NCBI RefSeq assembly: GCF_009914755.1
Contig: NC_060947.1
DNA length: 64,000 nt
Origin: the human T2T-CHM13v2.0 reference genome, Homo sapiens
Strand: one strand, 5' to 3'
The position numbers and the translations under genes were made by a program. Below, one piece after another: positions 23,692-39,814 of the stretch. How positions within the stretch are numbered: position 1 is the stretch's first letter; the number at the start of each line of letters is the position of its first letter. The notes beneath the pieces were generated by a model, which saw only the letters and a program-made list of their open reading frames with translations, was not told where the DNA came from and made no database searches.

Positions 23692-24725
23692 GGGGTAAGC
23701 CAAGATGGCCCAATAGGAACAGCTCCAGTCTACAGCTCCCAGTGTGAGCGATGCAGAAGACGGGTGATTTCTGCATTTCCATCTGAGGTACCGGGTTCAT
23801 CTCACTAGGGAGTGCCAGACAGTGGGCACAGGACAGTGGGGTCAGTGCACCATGCGTGAACTGAAGCAGGGCGAGGCATTGCCTCACTCAGGAAGCGCAA
23901 GGGGCCAGGGAGTTCCTTTTCCTAGTCAAAGAAAGGGGTGGCAGACGGCACCTGGAAAATCGGGTCACTCCCACCCCAATACTGCGCTTATCCGATGGAC
24001 TTAAAAAACGGCGCACCAGGAGATTATATTCCACACATGGCTCGGAGGGTCCTATGCCCACGGAGTTTCGCTGATTGCTAGCACAGCAGTCTGAGATCAA
24101 ACTGCAAGGCGGCAGCAAGGCTGGGGTAGGGGCGCCCGCCATTGCCCAGGCTTGCTTAGGTAAACAAAGCAGCCGGGAAGCTCGAACTGGGTGGAGCCCA
24201 CCACAGCTCAAGGAGGCCTGCCTGCCTCTGTAGGCTCCACCTCTGGGGGCAGGGCACAGACAAACAAAAAGACAGCAGTAACCTCTGCAGACTTAAATGT
24301 CCCAGCCTGACAGCTTTGAAGAGAGTAGCAGTTCTCCCAGCACGCAGCTGGAGATCTGAGAACGGGCAGACTGCCTCCTCAAGTGGGTCCCTGACCCCTG
24401 ACCCCTGAGCAGCCTAACTGGGAGGCACCCCCCAGTAGGGGCAGACTGACACCTCACATGGCCAGGTACTCCTCTGAGACAAAACTTCCAGAGGAACGAT
24501 CAGGCAGAAGCATTCGCGGTTCACGAAAATCCGCTGTTCTGCAGCCACCGCTGCTGGTACCCAGGCAAACAGGGTCTGGAGTGGACCTCTAGCAAACTCC
24601 AACAGACCTGCAGCTGAGGGTCCTGACTGGTAGAAGGAAAACTAACAAACAGAAAGGACATCCACACCAAAAGCCCATCAGTATATCACCATCATCAAAG
24701 ACCAAATGTAGATAAAACCACAAAG
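23692..24725 (+). promoter_or_regulatory. L1 5'UTR with internal sense promoter (YY1 site CAAGATGGCC 23701-23710) and antisense promoter
   Basis: Matches the primate L1 5'UTR. 1034 nt, i.e. it still includes the ~129-bp segment lost in L1PA2/L1HS. Confidence 0.85.
23888..24142 (-). CDS. L1 ORF0 (antisense), 84 aa MAGAPTPALLPPCSLISDCC...
   Basis: ATG at 24142-24140 inside track ORF 23888..24211. The peptide matches primate ORF0. Expression unknown. Confidence 0.7.
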   Translation of the reverse strand: MAGAPTPALLPPCSLISDCCASNQRNSVGIGPSEPCVEYNLLVRRFLSPSDKRSIGVGVTRFSRCRLPPLSLTRKRNSLAPCAS

Positions 24726-25742
24726 ATGGGGAAAAAACAGAACAGAAAAACTGGAAACTCTAACAAGCAGAGTGCCTCTCCTCCTCCAAAGGAATGCAGC
24801 TCCTCACCAGCAACGGAACAAAGCTGGACAGAGAACGACTTTGACGAGTTGAGAGAAGAAGGCTTCAGACGATCAAACTACTCTGAGCTACAGGAGGAAA
24901 TTCAAACCAAAGGCAAAGAAGTTGAAAACTTTGAAAAAATTTTAGACGAATATATAACTAGAATAACCAACACAGAGAAGTGCTTAAAGGAGCTGATGGA
25001 GCTGAAAGCCAAGGCTTGAGAACTACGTGAAGAATGCAGAAGCCTCAGGAGCCGATGCGATCAACTGGAAGAAAGGGTATCAGTGATGGAAGATGAAATG
25101 AATGAAATGAAGCGAGAAGGGAAGTTTAGAGAAAAAAGATTAAAAAGAAATGAACAAAGCCTCCAAGAAATATGGGACTATGTGAAAAGAAAAAATCTAT
25201 GTCTGATTGGTGTACCTGAAAGTGACGGGGAGAATGCAACCAAGTTAGAAAACACTCTGCAGGATATTATCCAGGAGAACTTCCCCAATCTAGCAAGGCA
25301 GGCCAACATTCAGATTCAGGAAATACAGAGAACGCCACAAAGACACTCCTTGAGAAGAGCAACTCCAAGACACATAATTGTCAGATTCACCAAAGTTGAA
25401 ATGAAGGAAAAAATGTTAAGGGCAGCCAGAGAGAAAGGTCGGGTTACCCACAAAGGGAAGCCCATCAGACTAACAGCGGATCTCTCGGCAGAAACTCTAC
25501 AAGCCAGAAGAGAGTGGGGGCCAATATTCAACATTCTTAAAGAAAAGAATTCTCAACCCAGAATTTCATATCCAGCCAAACTAAGCTTCATAAGTGAAGG
25601 AAAAATAAAATACTTTACAGACAAGCAAATGCTGAGAGATTTTGTCACCACCAGGCCTCCCCTAAAAGAACTCCTGAAGGAAGCACTAAACATGGAAAGG
25701 AACAAACGGTACCAGCCACTGCAAAATCATGCCAAATTGTAA
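24726..25742 (+). pseudogene. L1 ORF1 (338-codon frame) disabled by a single nonsense codon at 25017-25019 (R98*)
   Basis: Track ORFs 24726..25019 and 25083..25742 are in the same frame and total 1017 nt. GCT TGA GAA replaces consensus GCT CGA GAA. Confidence 0.93.
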
Positions 25743-25790
25743 AGACCATCGAGGCTAGGAAGAAACTGCATCAACTAATGAGCAAAATAA

Positions 25791-29633
<3,843 letters not shown>

Positions 29634-30327
29634 ACAATGAGAACACATGGACGCAGGAAGGGGAACATCACACTCTGGGGACTGTTGTGGGGTGGGGGGG
29701 GGAGGGATAGCTTTAGGAGATATACCTAACGCTAAATGATGAGTTAATGGGTGCAGCGCACCAGCATGGCACATGTATACATATGTAACTAACCTGCACA
29801 TTGTGCACATGTACCCTAAAACTTAAAGTATAATAATAATAAAAAATAAATAAATAAAATAAAATGTGGGCAAAGGACATAAATAAAGATTTCTCAAAAA
29901 AAGATATACAAATGACCAACAAACATATTTTAAAAGTTCTATGTTACTAATAATCAGGGGAATGCAAGTTCAAACCACAATGAGATACCACCTTACTCCT
30001 GCAAGAATGGCCATTATTAAAAAGACAAAAAAAATAGATGTTGGAGTGGATGTGGTGAAAAAGGAGCATTTATACACTGCTGGTGGGAAGGTACATTAGT
30101 ACAACCTCTGTGGAAAACTGTATGGAGATTTCTCAAAGAGCTAATAGTAGGTCTACCATTCAATCCAGCAATTCCACTACTGGGTATCCACCCAAAGGAA
30201 AAGAAGTCATTATATCAAAAAGACACCTGCACATGTATGTATATCACAGCACAATTCACAATTGCAAAGATATGGAACCAACCTAAATGCCTACCAACCA
30301 ATGAATAGATAAAAGAAAAAGAAAAAG

Positions 30328-30432
30328 TATATATATGTATATATATATATATAATGGAATTCATTATACATATGGAATATATATATATATGGAATCCATA
30401 TATATATATGGAATTCATTATATATATATACA
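30328..30432. repeat. (TA)n-rich tandem repeat (TATATATATGGAAT-like units) within the L1PB 3' part
   Basis: Visible repeated ATGGAAT separated by TA runs. Confidence 0.85.
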
Positions 30433-31559
30433 CAATGGAATACTATGCAACCATAAAAATGAATGAAATAAATTCTTTTGTGGCAACTTGGATAGAACTG
30501 GAGGTCATTATTCTAAGTGAAGTAACTCAGGAATGGAAAACCAAATGCCACATGTTCTCACTTATAAGTGGGAGCTAAGCTATGGGTATGCAAAGGCATA
30601 CAGATTGGTAAAATAGACATTGGAGACTCAGAGATAGGGAGAGAGGGATGGGTGAGCAATGAAAAACCACCTATTGGGTACAACGTACACCACTTGGGTG
30701 ATGAGTGCACTAAAATCTTGGACTTCACCACTATACAATTCATCCATGTAACAAAAAAAAAATGTGTACTTCAAAAGCTATTGAAATAAAAAATATTTTT
30801 TAAAAAAAGAAGAGTGGGTGTTCGAAGAAAAGCAGGGCTTAGGGTGTGCACTCCCACTTTGGGTGTGTAACTATGTATATCATTTTATGCTTGGCATCCA
30901 AGGCTCTATCTACCCTCTCGTCCCCCAGACCCCCACAGCCTCAGCCTCCACCATACTGGACACACCTACCTCTTCCCCAGCCCTGAAACATCCCAGTGGC
31001 CTCTTTGCACCCTAACTAATGAATTGTTTTTCACTTTACTTCCTCCTTGAGAATTTAGCCCCATGGTCATATCTTCTTTCTTGAACCCTTCCTTCCTCTA
31101 CGCTCCAAGACCTTGTCTCAATTCTTTGATCACAGCTCCTTGGCCTTCTTTCCTTGCTACCTGTCACTTCTCTTTCAGCCTTGCCCCAACCTCAGGAATT
31201 CCTCAAAGTTCTTCTTTATTGTTCTCCCTGCTTCACCTTGCTCATTAAGGACTTTGTTGATAGTCATTGTTTCAGTTTTACGCCTCTGTGCTGATGCCTC
31301 CTACATCATTACCCAGAGTCTCCATCTCTTTGAGCTCAGACCAGTATTTCCCACTACATGAGTGGGCAGTTCCATCTGGAGGCCCCACATGCATATCAAG
31401 CTCAACAGACCCAAGCCAAGCTCATCCCACACACAATTTGCTCCCCTGCTCTGTCTCTGTTGGTGGTGCCCTTATCTCCCCAGCTGCTCAGCTCAGATCC
31501 CCAAATCAACCATAACTCCTCAGTCCCTCTTGCCTTCCCCTACAACCTATGCATGCATG

Positions 31560-32050
31560 TTTCCATCCATTTTTCCATTCCACAAGTAATTATTGAATGT
31601 TTAGTATATGCCGGACTCTGTTGAGGTGCTGAGAATACAGAGGTGAACAAGACAGACAAGGCTCCTACCTTCTTTTCAAGCCCCCTCTAGTAGATGGATG
31701 AGTTGAGGGAGGTATATGATAAATAAACACACATACAAGCTACCTTCCACCATTCCCAGTGCTATGAAGGCAACAAAGCCGGATGAAGTAATAGTGACTG
31801 AGTGGTTATTCAATCGGGTGGTCAGGGAGGCCTTCTCTGAGGAAGTAACATTTGAGCTAAGGCCTGAATGAGAAGAAGATATCGGCTATGCAAAGATCTA
31901 AATAGTGAGCACGTGCAATGGCACTGGGGTGGGAACATGATTAGTATTTTCAAGGGTGAGCAGTCAGTGTGCTTGAAGTGCAGGGAACAAGTGAAGAGCA
32001 TTAGGAGATGGGGTGGAAGAGGTAGGTAGGACCAGATCATGTAGGCCCCA
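31560..32050 (-). mobile_element. LINE-2 3' fragment
   Basis: CATTCCACAAGTAATTATTGAATG...GGTCAGGGAGGCCTTCTCTGAGGAAGTAACATTTGAGCT, an antisense L2 signature. Confidence 0.65.
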
Positions 32051-33063
32051 ATAAGGAACTGTTCAAGTCCTGTCTACTCCATCTCTGCAGCATCTCCTGT
32101 ACCCAGCCTCTGCCCCAGTGTCTCCAGCACTCTAGTTCCCATTTCATTCCTTTCCACTTGGATGTCAGGGAGAGGCCCTCACCTCCTTTCTATCTTTTCC
32201 TGCTCATTTCCAGCTATACTGGTGCCAGGTGAATCTCTCTAACGATAAGTATCATTGTATGTCTTTCTGCTTAAAGCCCATCAATGCCCCCACCTCCCCC
32301 AACTGACTACTAAGTTGTGGTATTCAGGACCTCACTATGTGGCCTTGGCCTATCCAGCAAGTTTCTCTTCTCCTTCATATTCATTCTCCAGCCATGTCCT
32401 GAATATGCTCTTTTAGGTCCCTCTGCCAGGAGTGGAGGTAGGACTGCTCTTGGGCTCCGAGAACCCAGGTTCCATGTCCCAGCTCTGCCAGTTCTTGTCT
32501 ATGGGGCTGTGGGCAAATTATTTAACCTTTCAGGGCCTCAGTTTCCCCATACATAAAATGAGGCTCAGAGAGATGTATGGATTACTTAGCAATGTAGATT
32601 ATTTATTGCAAAGTGCTATCACCTTACCCAGGGCTTACTATATTTTAACCCCCCACTGGTCTGACAACACTCAAGTCTAATAAGCCTCCATCATGAAATC
32701 ACTCATCCTGAAAGCTTCCATCAAGATATCATTTGTCTCTCTGAGTTGTCATTGTGTTTGGCATCTCTTTCAAGGCCTCCATTTTGTTTATGCCTCATCT
32801 TAGAGTCCTTTGGATAACAATCACATTACCAGCATTTCCATTACTCTGTGAGCATCTAGGGTCACGATCCTCACAGGGCTCATCTCTGAGCCCTTCTTAG
32901 TGCCCAGCTCAGGGAGGTAGGGAGGCCTAATGAAAAGCATCTGGAGTCACACAGAGGTGGGTTCAAATCCTGGCTCTGCCACTTCTTAGCAGTATGATCT
33001 TGAGCAAGCCACTTCAATCTTGGAGCCTCAGTGTTTTCATCTGTGAAATGGGTGCAGGGTTGG

Positions 33064-33442
33064 TGACATGGTTTGGCTGTGTCCCCACACAAATGTCATC
33101 TTGAATTGTAGTTTCCATAATCCCCATGTGTCATGAGAGGAACCTGGTGGGAGGTAATTAAATTACGGGGGTGGTTTACCCCATGCTATTCTCATGATAG
33201 TCAATAAGTTCTCATGAGAACTGACGGTTTTATAACGGGCTTCCCCCTTCGTTCAGTTCTCATTCTTCTTCTCCCTGCTGCCATGTGAAGAAGGACGTGT
33301 TTGCTTCCCCTTCTGCCATAATTGTAAGTTTCCTGAGGCCTCCCCAGCCACGCTGAACTGTGAGTCAATTAAACCCTTTTCCTTTATAAATTACCCAGTC
33401 TCAGGTATGTCTTTGTTAGCAGCATGAGAACAGACTAATACA
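33064..33442 (+). mobile_element. THE1-type MaLR solo LTR inserted in a MIR
   Basis: TGACATGGTTTGGCTGTGTCCCCAC...TGTGAGTCAATTAAACC...GAGAACAGACTAATACA. MIR halves on both sides. Confidence 0.9.
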
Positions 33443-33690
33443 GGTGCCTACCTTGCTAGAGTGTTGAGAAGATCCTGTAAAATATGTGGTATGCACTTAT
33501 CACAGTGCCCAGTAAAGTCACAGGCATAACGTGAGTGTTTAATCACTGTTCATCATGTTGGCTCATTTTCTCTAGGGCCCCACTTGGCAAGCCCTTCTTT
33601 CCCTTCTTTGAGTTAATTCACACCTTTCAAGCCTCAACCGCCCTTCCCTAACTAACCCCCACCCCCACCCCTGCCCGAGCTCCTGAAGCA

Positions 33691-33976
33691 TTTTTTAAGA
33701 GACAGAGTTTCCCTCTGTCGCCCAGGCTGGAGTGCAGTGGCATGATCATATTTCACTGCAGCCTCAAGCTCCTGAGCTCAAGAGTTTCTCCTGAGTGGCT
33801 AGGACTATAGGTGTGTACCACCCATGCTCGGCTAGTTAAAAAAAACAACAACTGTGTGTAGAGACAGGGTCTTACTATGTTGCCCAGATTTGTCTTGAAC
33901 TCTTGGGCTCAAGCTATCCTCCCACCTTGGCCTCCCAAAGCAATGAAATTACATGTTTGAGCCACTGTGCCTGGCC
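33691..33976 (-). mobile_element. Alu (J-like)
   Basis: Antisense Alu motifs; flanks TGAAGCA(T/C)TTTTT. Confidence 0.88.
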
Positions 33977-34904
33977 TTGTGAAGCACTTTTTCAACTGGA
34001 TTTTTGTCACATCAAACTAACCTCAAATATATAAGCCAGTCTCTTGGCCTAAGCTGTGACATTAAGGACAGGGCCAGGTGAGAGTCATCTCTTTGGCCCC
34101 AGTGTACATCACAGGGTCTGGTCTAGAAGAGCCACTGCTTAAGGAGGTCAAGGAGTGTGCACTGGATGCAGTTAAATATTTGTGTGTAGGAACAGGGAGA
34201 CATGAGAGGACACGAGGCAGGGGTTGTGGAGATGGAAGGGGACACTGGAACTCCAAGGAAACTGGGGAAGAGTGGGTGAGGATGACATCAAAAACCCTTC
34301 CCTTCCCTGGGGATGAAGGGAGTGCATACAGATACTGAGTGTACATTGTACACCAGGCACCATGCCATGTACTTTCCCAGACAAGATGTCATTTGAACCT
34401 CAAAAATCCCCCATAAGGTGTTAGCACCCCTTTTTCCTGGATGGAGATCTGAGAGCCCGAGAGGCAAAGGACTGGGACTTCAACCCAGACTCCCAAGCCT
34501 GTCTTCTTTCCATGGCAGCCCAGTGCAAAGGGAGAGGCGACTTTTACCTCCTGCTGGTGGTTTCAGGAGTAGGGGAGAGAGTCGAGAGGGAAGCAGGAGT
34601 GGTAGGTGTGAGAGCTGTTGAACAAACGAGGAAATGCTTTTGAATAAGGGCGCTGGAGGAAAGCTGGCTGAAGAGAAGTGAGAGCTGGAGGGAGGAAGTG
34701 GGGCAGGGCTGCTAGGATTCACAGCAGTCCATAGAGGCTGCTTTCATCCACTTCAGCCCACTCTGATGGCCTGCTGGGAGTCAGCCTTCTCTGCCCTGCC
34801 TCTGGGATTCTGGCCATGGTCAGGAATTGCACTAGGGTAGCCCTGGGCTGCTGCAGCACCTGTAAAACAGGTCGATGGTGATGAGCCTGGGATTGAGCAG
34901 AAAT

Positions 34905-35160
34905 CAGGGCTGCATATGAATTTTCATAAGCCCTAAGTGCTTTTGCTTTAGTGGGCCCCTTCCTCCATAAACAATATTAAAATTGTATTATATGACTGCA
35001 TTGATTTAATGACAAATATTGTCCAGGCTGTATCAATCATCATATATTATTAATATATTCATTATTTCTTCTTCCAATATTAAAATAAATTAAAATTAAA
35101 ACATTTCTGTGAGCCCTAGGTGTTGGGCCTACTATGCCTAATGATGATAAATCAGCCCTG
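34905..35160. mobile_element. hAT-Tip100-type MITE (MER96-like) with CAGGGCTG...CAGCCCTG termini
   Basis: 8-bp terminal inverted repeats, AT-rich interior, partially matching flanks GCAGAAAT/GCAGAGGC. Confidence 0.6.
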
Positions 35161-36340
35161 GCAGAGGCCAGCACAGAGACTGCAAAAGAGTGAAAACATT
35201 CCTGCCCAGGGGAGAGAGGCACTAAGGCCTGGGCAGCTGGAAGTCTGTCCGTACACTCAGTGCAGCTCACACTTGTGACCACAGCAACACTTGCTGCCTC
35301 CCTTGATGGAGTGAGTGTAGAGACTCCTCATTTCTCAACTCCACCGCAGCCATATTCTAGTCCAGAGAGGCAAGCAGGTTCCTGCTAGGCCCTCTAACTG
35401 GCTCTTATGACCTTGGGCAAGCTTATCACTGTCAAATGAGAGCCATTTATGGCAAAGGGCTACTGACTGCGAAAGGATGGAGCAAGGCCTGAGGCGGCTC
35501 TAGGGAGAGAGATCCCCAGGGCTCCCAGCCTCCTTTCTTCTCAGGGGAAGAAGAAGAGTTGGGCCCAGCCTGAGGCTGGCCTCCTTTCAATCAGCACCCC
35601 TGGGGTGGGGTTGGAGAGATAGGCAGCTGAATCTGTGGCTCCAGCTTGTCCATAGAGTGGAACACATTGTCCAGGTCACGGAAAAACACCAGAATAAATA
35701 ACCACTGCTTGTGTAGGCGCAGGAAATTACCATGTCCTGGCTTGTGACAACTTTATGACGAGGGGAAGCAGAGGACGTAGAGATGGGGAATGAGATAGGG
35801 GGTAAGAGGTCAAGGTGCTAAGAAGGGAGGCGGGGCGCTGGGCCCAGGAAAAAGAGGAGGAATCACAGAAATAAAAACTCTCCAAAGTGGTTGATACAGT
35901 TCGCCCACCTGTTTTCTCATTAGATACTCACAAAACCTTGCAGGTGGGTAGAATTGTGAATTCCCCATTTAGAGGTGCAGAAACAGGCTCCAAGAGATGA
36001 AGGAAGGAAATTGCCTAACGTTATACTCAGCTAGTTAGTGATGAAGCTAGATTTAAACAAATTAGGTCTGGGTGACTTGAAAGTATTGGGTGGGTGGGAA
36101 AAGACCAGTCAGTGAGGTGATGGTGGCGAGGTCAGAGGCGAGTGAGATGAGAGTGCCTTTTCTCATGATTTCACCCATCTTGGGAGCCAGGTCAGTCTCT
36201 GCACTGCCTCCAAAAAAGTGCACTTGATTTGTGTCCAAATGACCCTGGGGTGCGTATCAGCATAGTAGCTAACATTTATTTAGTGCCTACAATATACCAA
36301 TCACTGCTTACCAACTTTACATGCCTTTCCTCCTTTAATG

Positions 36341-36690
36341 CAGGGGTCCCCAACCCCCAGGCCACAGATCGGTAGGGGCCCATGGCCTGTTAGGAACCGG
36401 GCCACACAGCAGGAGGTGAGCAGCGAGTGAGCATTACCGACTAAGCTCTGCCTCTTGTCAGATCAGTGGTGGCATTAGATTCCCATAGGAGCACGAACCC
36501 TGTTGTGAACTACGCATGCGAGGGATCTAGGTTGCACGTTTATTATGTGAATCTAATGCCTGATGATCTTCTGAAGTGGATCAGTTTCATCCCCAAACCA
36601 CCCCTCTTTCTCCCACCTCCAGGCCTCATCTGTGGAAAAATGATCTTCCACGACACTTGTCCCTGGTGCCAAAAAGGTTGGGGACCAGTG
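36341..36690 (+). mobile_element. MER1B-like hAT-Charlie element
   Basis: CAGGGGTCCCCAACCCC...TTAGGAACCGGGCCACACAGCAGGAGGTGAG...GGTGCCAAAAAGGTTGGGGACC. Confidence 0.85.
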
Positions 36691-36785
36691 CTCTAACATT
36701 TATTGTGCACTTATTATGCCAGGCATAGATTGAGTGCCTTTTATTCATCAGCTTGTTTCCTTTTGCAACGACCCCATTATTAACA

Positions 36786-37122
36786 TAGTCATGTACCACA
36801 TAACAACATTTCAGTCAATGATGGACCTCATATGTGATGGTGGCCCCATAAGATTATGATACCATATTTATACTGTACCTTTTCTATGTTTAGATGTTTA
36901 GATACACAAATACTTACCACTGTGTTACAGTTGCCTGTAGTATTCAGTATACATGCTGCATAGGTTTGTAGCCTAGGAGCAATAGGCTATACCATAGGGC
37001 CTAGGTATATAGTAAGCTATCTAGGTTTGTGTAAGTATACTCTCTGTTGTTCACACGATGACAAAATCGCCTAATGACACATTTCTCAGAACGTATCCCT
37101 GTGGTTAAGTGATACATGATTG
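36786..37122 (+). mobile_element. Tigger3a-like TcMar element
   Basis: AGTCATGTACCACATAAC...CCATAAGATTAT...GTTAAGTGATACATGATTG termini with TA flanks. Confidence 0.78.
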
Positions 37123-39164
37123 TAGTTCCATTTTATGGATGAGAAAAACTGAAACCCATAGAGATGAGGGGACCTACCTTCACAGAGCTAGTAAATGAGG
37201 GAGGCTGCATTTGAAGCTTGGTCTGGCAGACTCCAAACACCAAAGAAAGATTGGGATTGGGCAGGATGCTGGGCATTCGAACCAGTGGGATAAACTCAAC
37301 AGAGTTAGAGGAACTGAAAATTCAGCATAGTCAGAGACATAGCAACAAAAGACTGAACTTAGTCTTCACCCAGAGGCTGTTGAGAAGTGGTTTTCCATGT
37401 CCTTGGAGGAAAGAGAAAAGGTAGGTTTAGGGAGCAGCTGGAGAAATTGACGTAAACATTAGGAAGAACTTCCTTATTCTATGGATCACTAAAGCACAAA
37501 CTTATCTGGCAGCATCTTGCTTGGAGGCAAAGGGCTATCTAAAATAACTCCCATAAGGCCAGGAGGTAGCACCAGAATTTGGGGAGAACATGCAAGGACT
37601 CAAATTCCCTGGCAAACAGCAGTGCTGAGCTCCTCTTCTAGGGATCAGTCCATGGGTACAGGTGTCCAGGTTGAAAAACCCTGGTCTAACTCATATCCTT
37701 CCAGCTGCAGTTGAAGTTAACTGGCCAAGACCAATAGGACCAAGTTTCCTCAAGCCAGGGATCAAGGGTGAGAAGGCAAAGGAAGAAGAAACAAGGAATA
37801 TGAGGAACTGTGTACACTACAGCCATATTCCCAGAGCTCTGAGGGAGAGGCCTTCATGGCCAGTTCAGCTTGGGCATCTGGATACAGACAGACAAGGCAG
37901 GCATGTGGCTGAGAGAATTGTTCAGCAGGTACTCAGAGGGTGGCAAGCAAGCAGATAGGACTGAGCTCCTTCCAGGGGCTCAACATCATGCCAGCCATGC
38001 CAAGGAGACAAAATATTGAAGAATCATTCCTCATTGCCGCATGGCCCTTTACACCCAACCAAGCATTGCTCCGTTTATTGGCTTACATGGGCTTCCCGAA
38101 TGCTCCATGAGAGGCAGGATGAAGGTTCTTCTCTATTCTTTAGGGCACTAGGAAAAATACTTATCTGAGAATCAGGAGCCTTGGGATCCTGTCTCAACTC
38201 TGTTGCTTATGAACTGAGAGCAAAATCCCCTACCCTGCTCTTCCCCAAAGTCCATCCAGTGGAAGTGGAGACATGGTCTAGGGAGTGGAACTAGGGCCAG
38301 TTGTCCACATCCCACATCAGTCCCAGGGGGTGGACTTGGGGAGTTCTTGGCCCCTGTTGTCTGGAAGAAACCTCTGTCCCTGTCCTGTGTGCAAGTAGGC
38401 CTATGCATACACACACATACCCACAGACATGTGCACCATATATGCATGCTCATGTGTGGACAGAGGAGCACATACAGAGACAGACACAGAGCTCAGATCC
38501 TTTGCTCCCTGGCTGGAGCAAATGTGAGGAGAAGAGAAGAGAGGACAGGTTCAAGAACTCACAGAAAGTACAAGGAATTCAGCCCCAGAAAGGGGTTCAG
38601 CAGCAGCTGGATGAGATTATTGTTGTCCAGCACCCTGTGAGAAGACTACTCAGCAAAGAGGGAACAGCAGGTGGGAACTACCCAGGCAAGAGCCGTAGCT
38701 CTGCGATGGGGAGTGACCAGAGGTATGGTCTCCAATCTGCTTTTCCCCAGACTGTTGCTCTCATCCTGAACAGCCTTCAGGAAGGTGTCACAGAGTTGCC
38801 CTGACAATGGGGCCAAAAAGTTTGTGAACATCCAAGGTAAAGTCTCTTTACCTGGGCCTTGCCAGACCTTCAAGCTTGCATTATTCTCATTTATCCAAAC
38901 ACAAAGGTTGACTCCCAGCAACTGCTGTGTGAACTGGTCTTATTGTTTTACCATTCATTGAGTACTCAGGCTGTATGACCAAGGTTAAAAGTTGTATAAG
39001 TACCCCCCACAGAAGAGACCAGTGCATGAGTCAAGGTCGTGAGAACAGACAACATGTACATCAGGCTCTAGTGGCACAGTGTTTACTTACAGCAAGAGAG
39101 AGAGAGTGTGCACAAGATCCAGGCTCTGGATTAGCACCTCATACAAGGGCTTCAGGTTGAAAAG

Positions 39165-39404
39165 AGCGCCCCCTTGCCCTTCCACCCTTTCTACCATATG
39201 AGGACGTGGGCTAGTTCCTCCCCTTGGGAGGATGCAGCAACGAGGCGCCATCTTGGAAGCAGAGAGCAGCCCTCACCAGACACCAGTCTTGCTGGCACTT
39301 GATCTTGTATTGCTCAGCCTCCAAAACTGTGAGAAATAAATTTTTATTATTTATACATTTCCCAGGCTGTAGTATTTTGTTATGGCAACACAAATGGACT
39401 AAGA
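39165..39404 (+). mobile_element. MaLR LTR 3' half (MST/MLT1A-like)
   Basis: GCGCCATCTTGGAAGCAGAG...CAGCCTCCAAAACTGTGAGAAATAAATTT...ATGGACTAAGA. Confidence 0.75.
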
Positions 39405-39814
39405 TGCTCAGAGTCCCTTTCTTGACTCCCCTTCGTCTCCACTGCATCCCCAGAGGGAAAGAAGCCACTCACAGCCGCTCCATGCAGGAAAGGTCTTGAA
39501 AAAGCTGTGGAGTCAGTGAGCAGATGGAGTTGTGGAAGCTGTGGGAGCAGAAAGGCCCAAAAGGACAGAGCAGAGTTAGGGGCATGGACAGGGCTGGGCC
39601 TGGGGTTTACCCGGGCAGTGGGTGTTCTGGAGACTCCAGGAGGGCTGGCTTGAGTGGAAAAGCAACCTCTGAAGAGTGAATTTAACTTAAGAGAGAAACA
39701 CACGGTAAATTCCCAGTTAGTCATGAAACACGCAGACCTCATTCTCTGGTGAGTCCTTCTGTGAAACATTTGTTTTTGTAAAAGTTCCCTTTGCCTTAAA
39801 GTGTCTGCTGCTTG

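Noticed and set aside
30328-30432. Repeat-spacer-like pattern (ATGGAAT units)
   Set aside because: Slippage expansion of a TA tract in an L1 3' region, with no unique spacers; not CRISPR-like.
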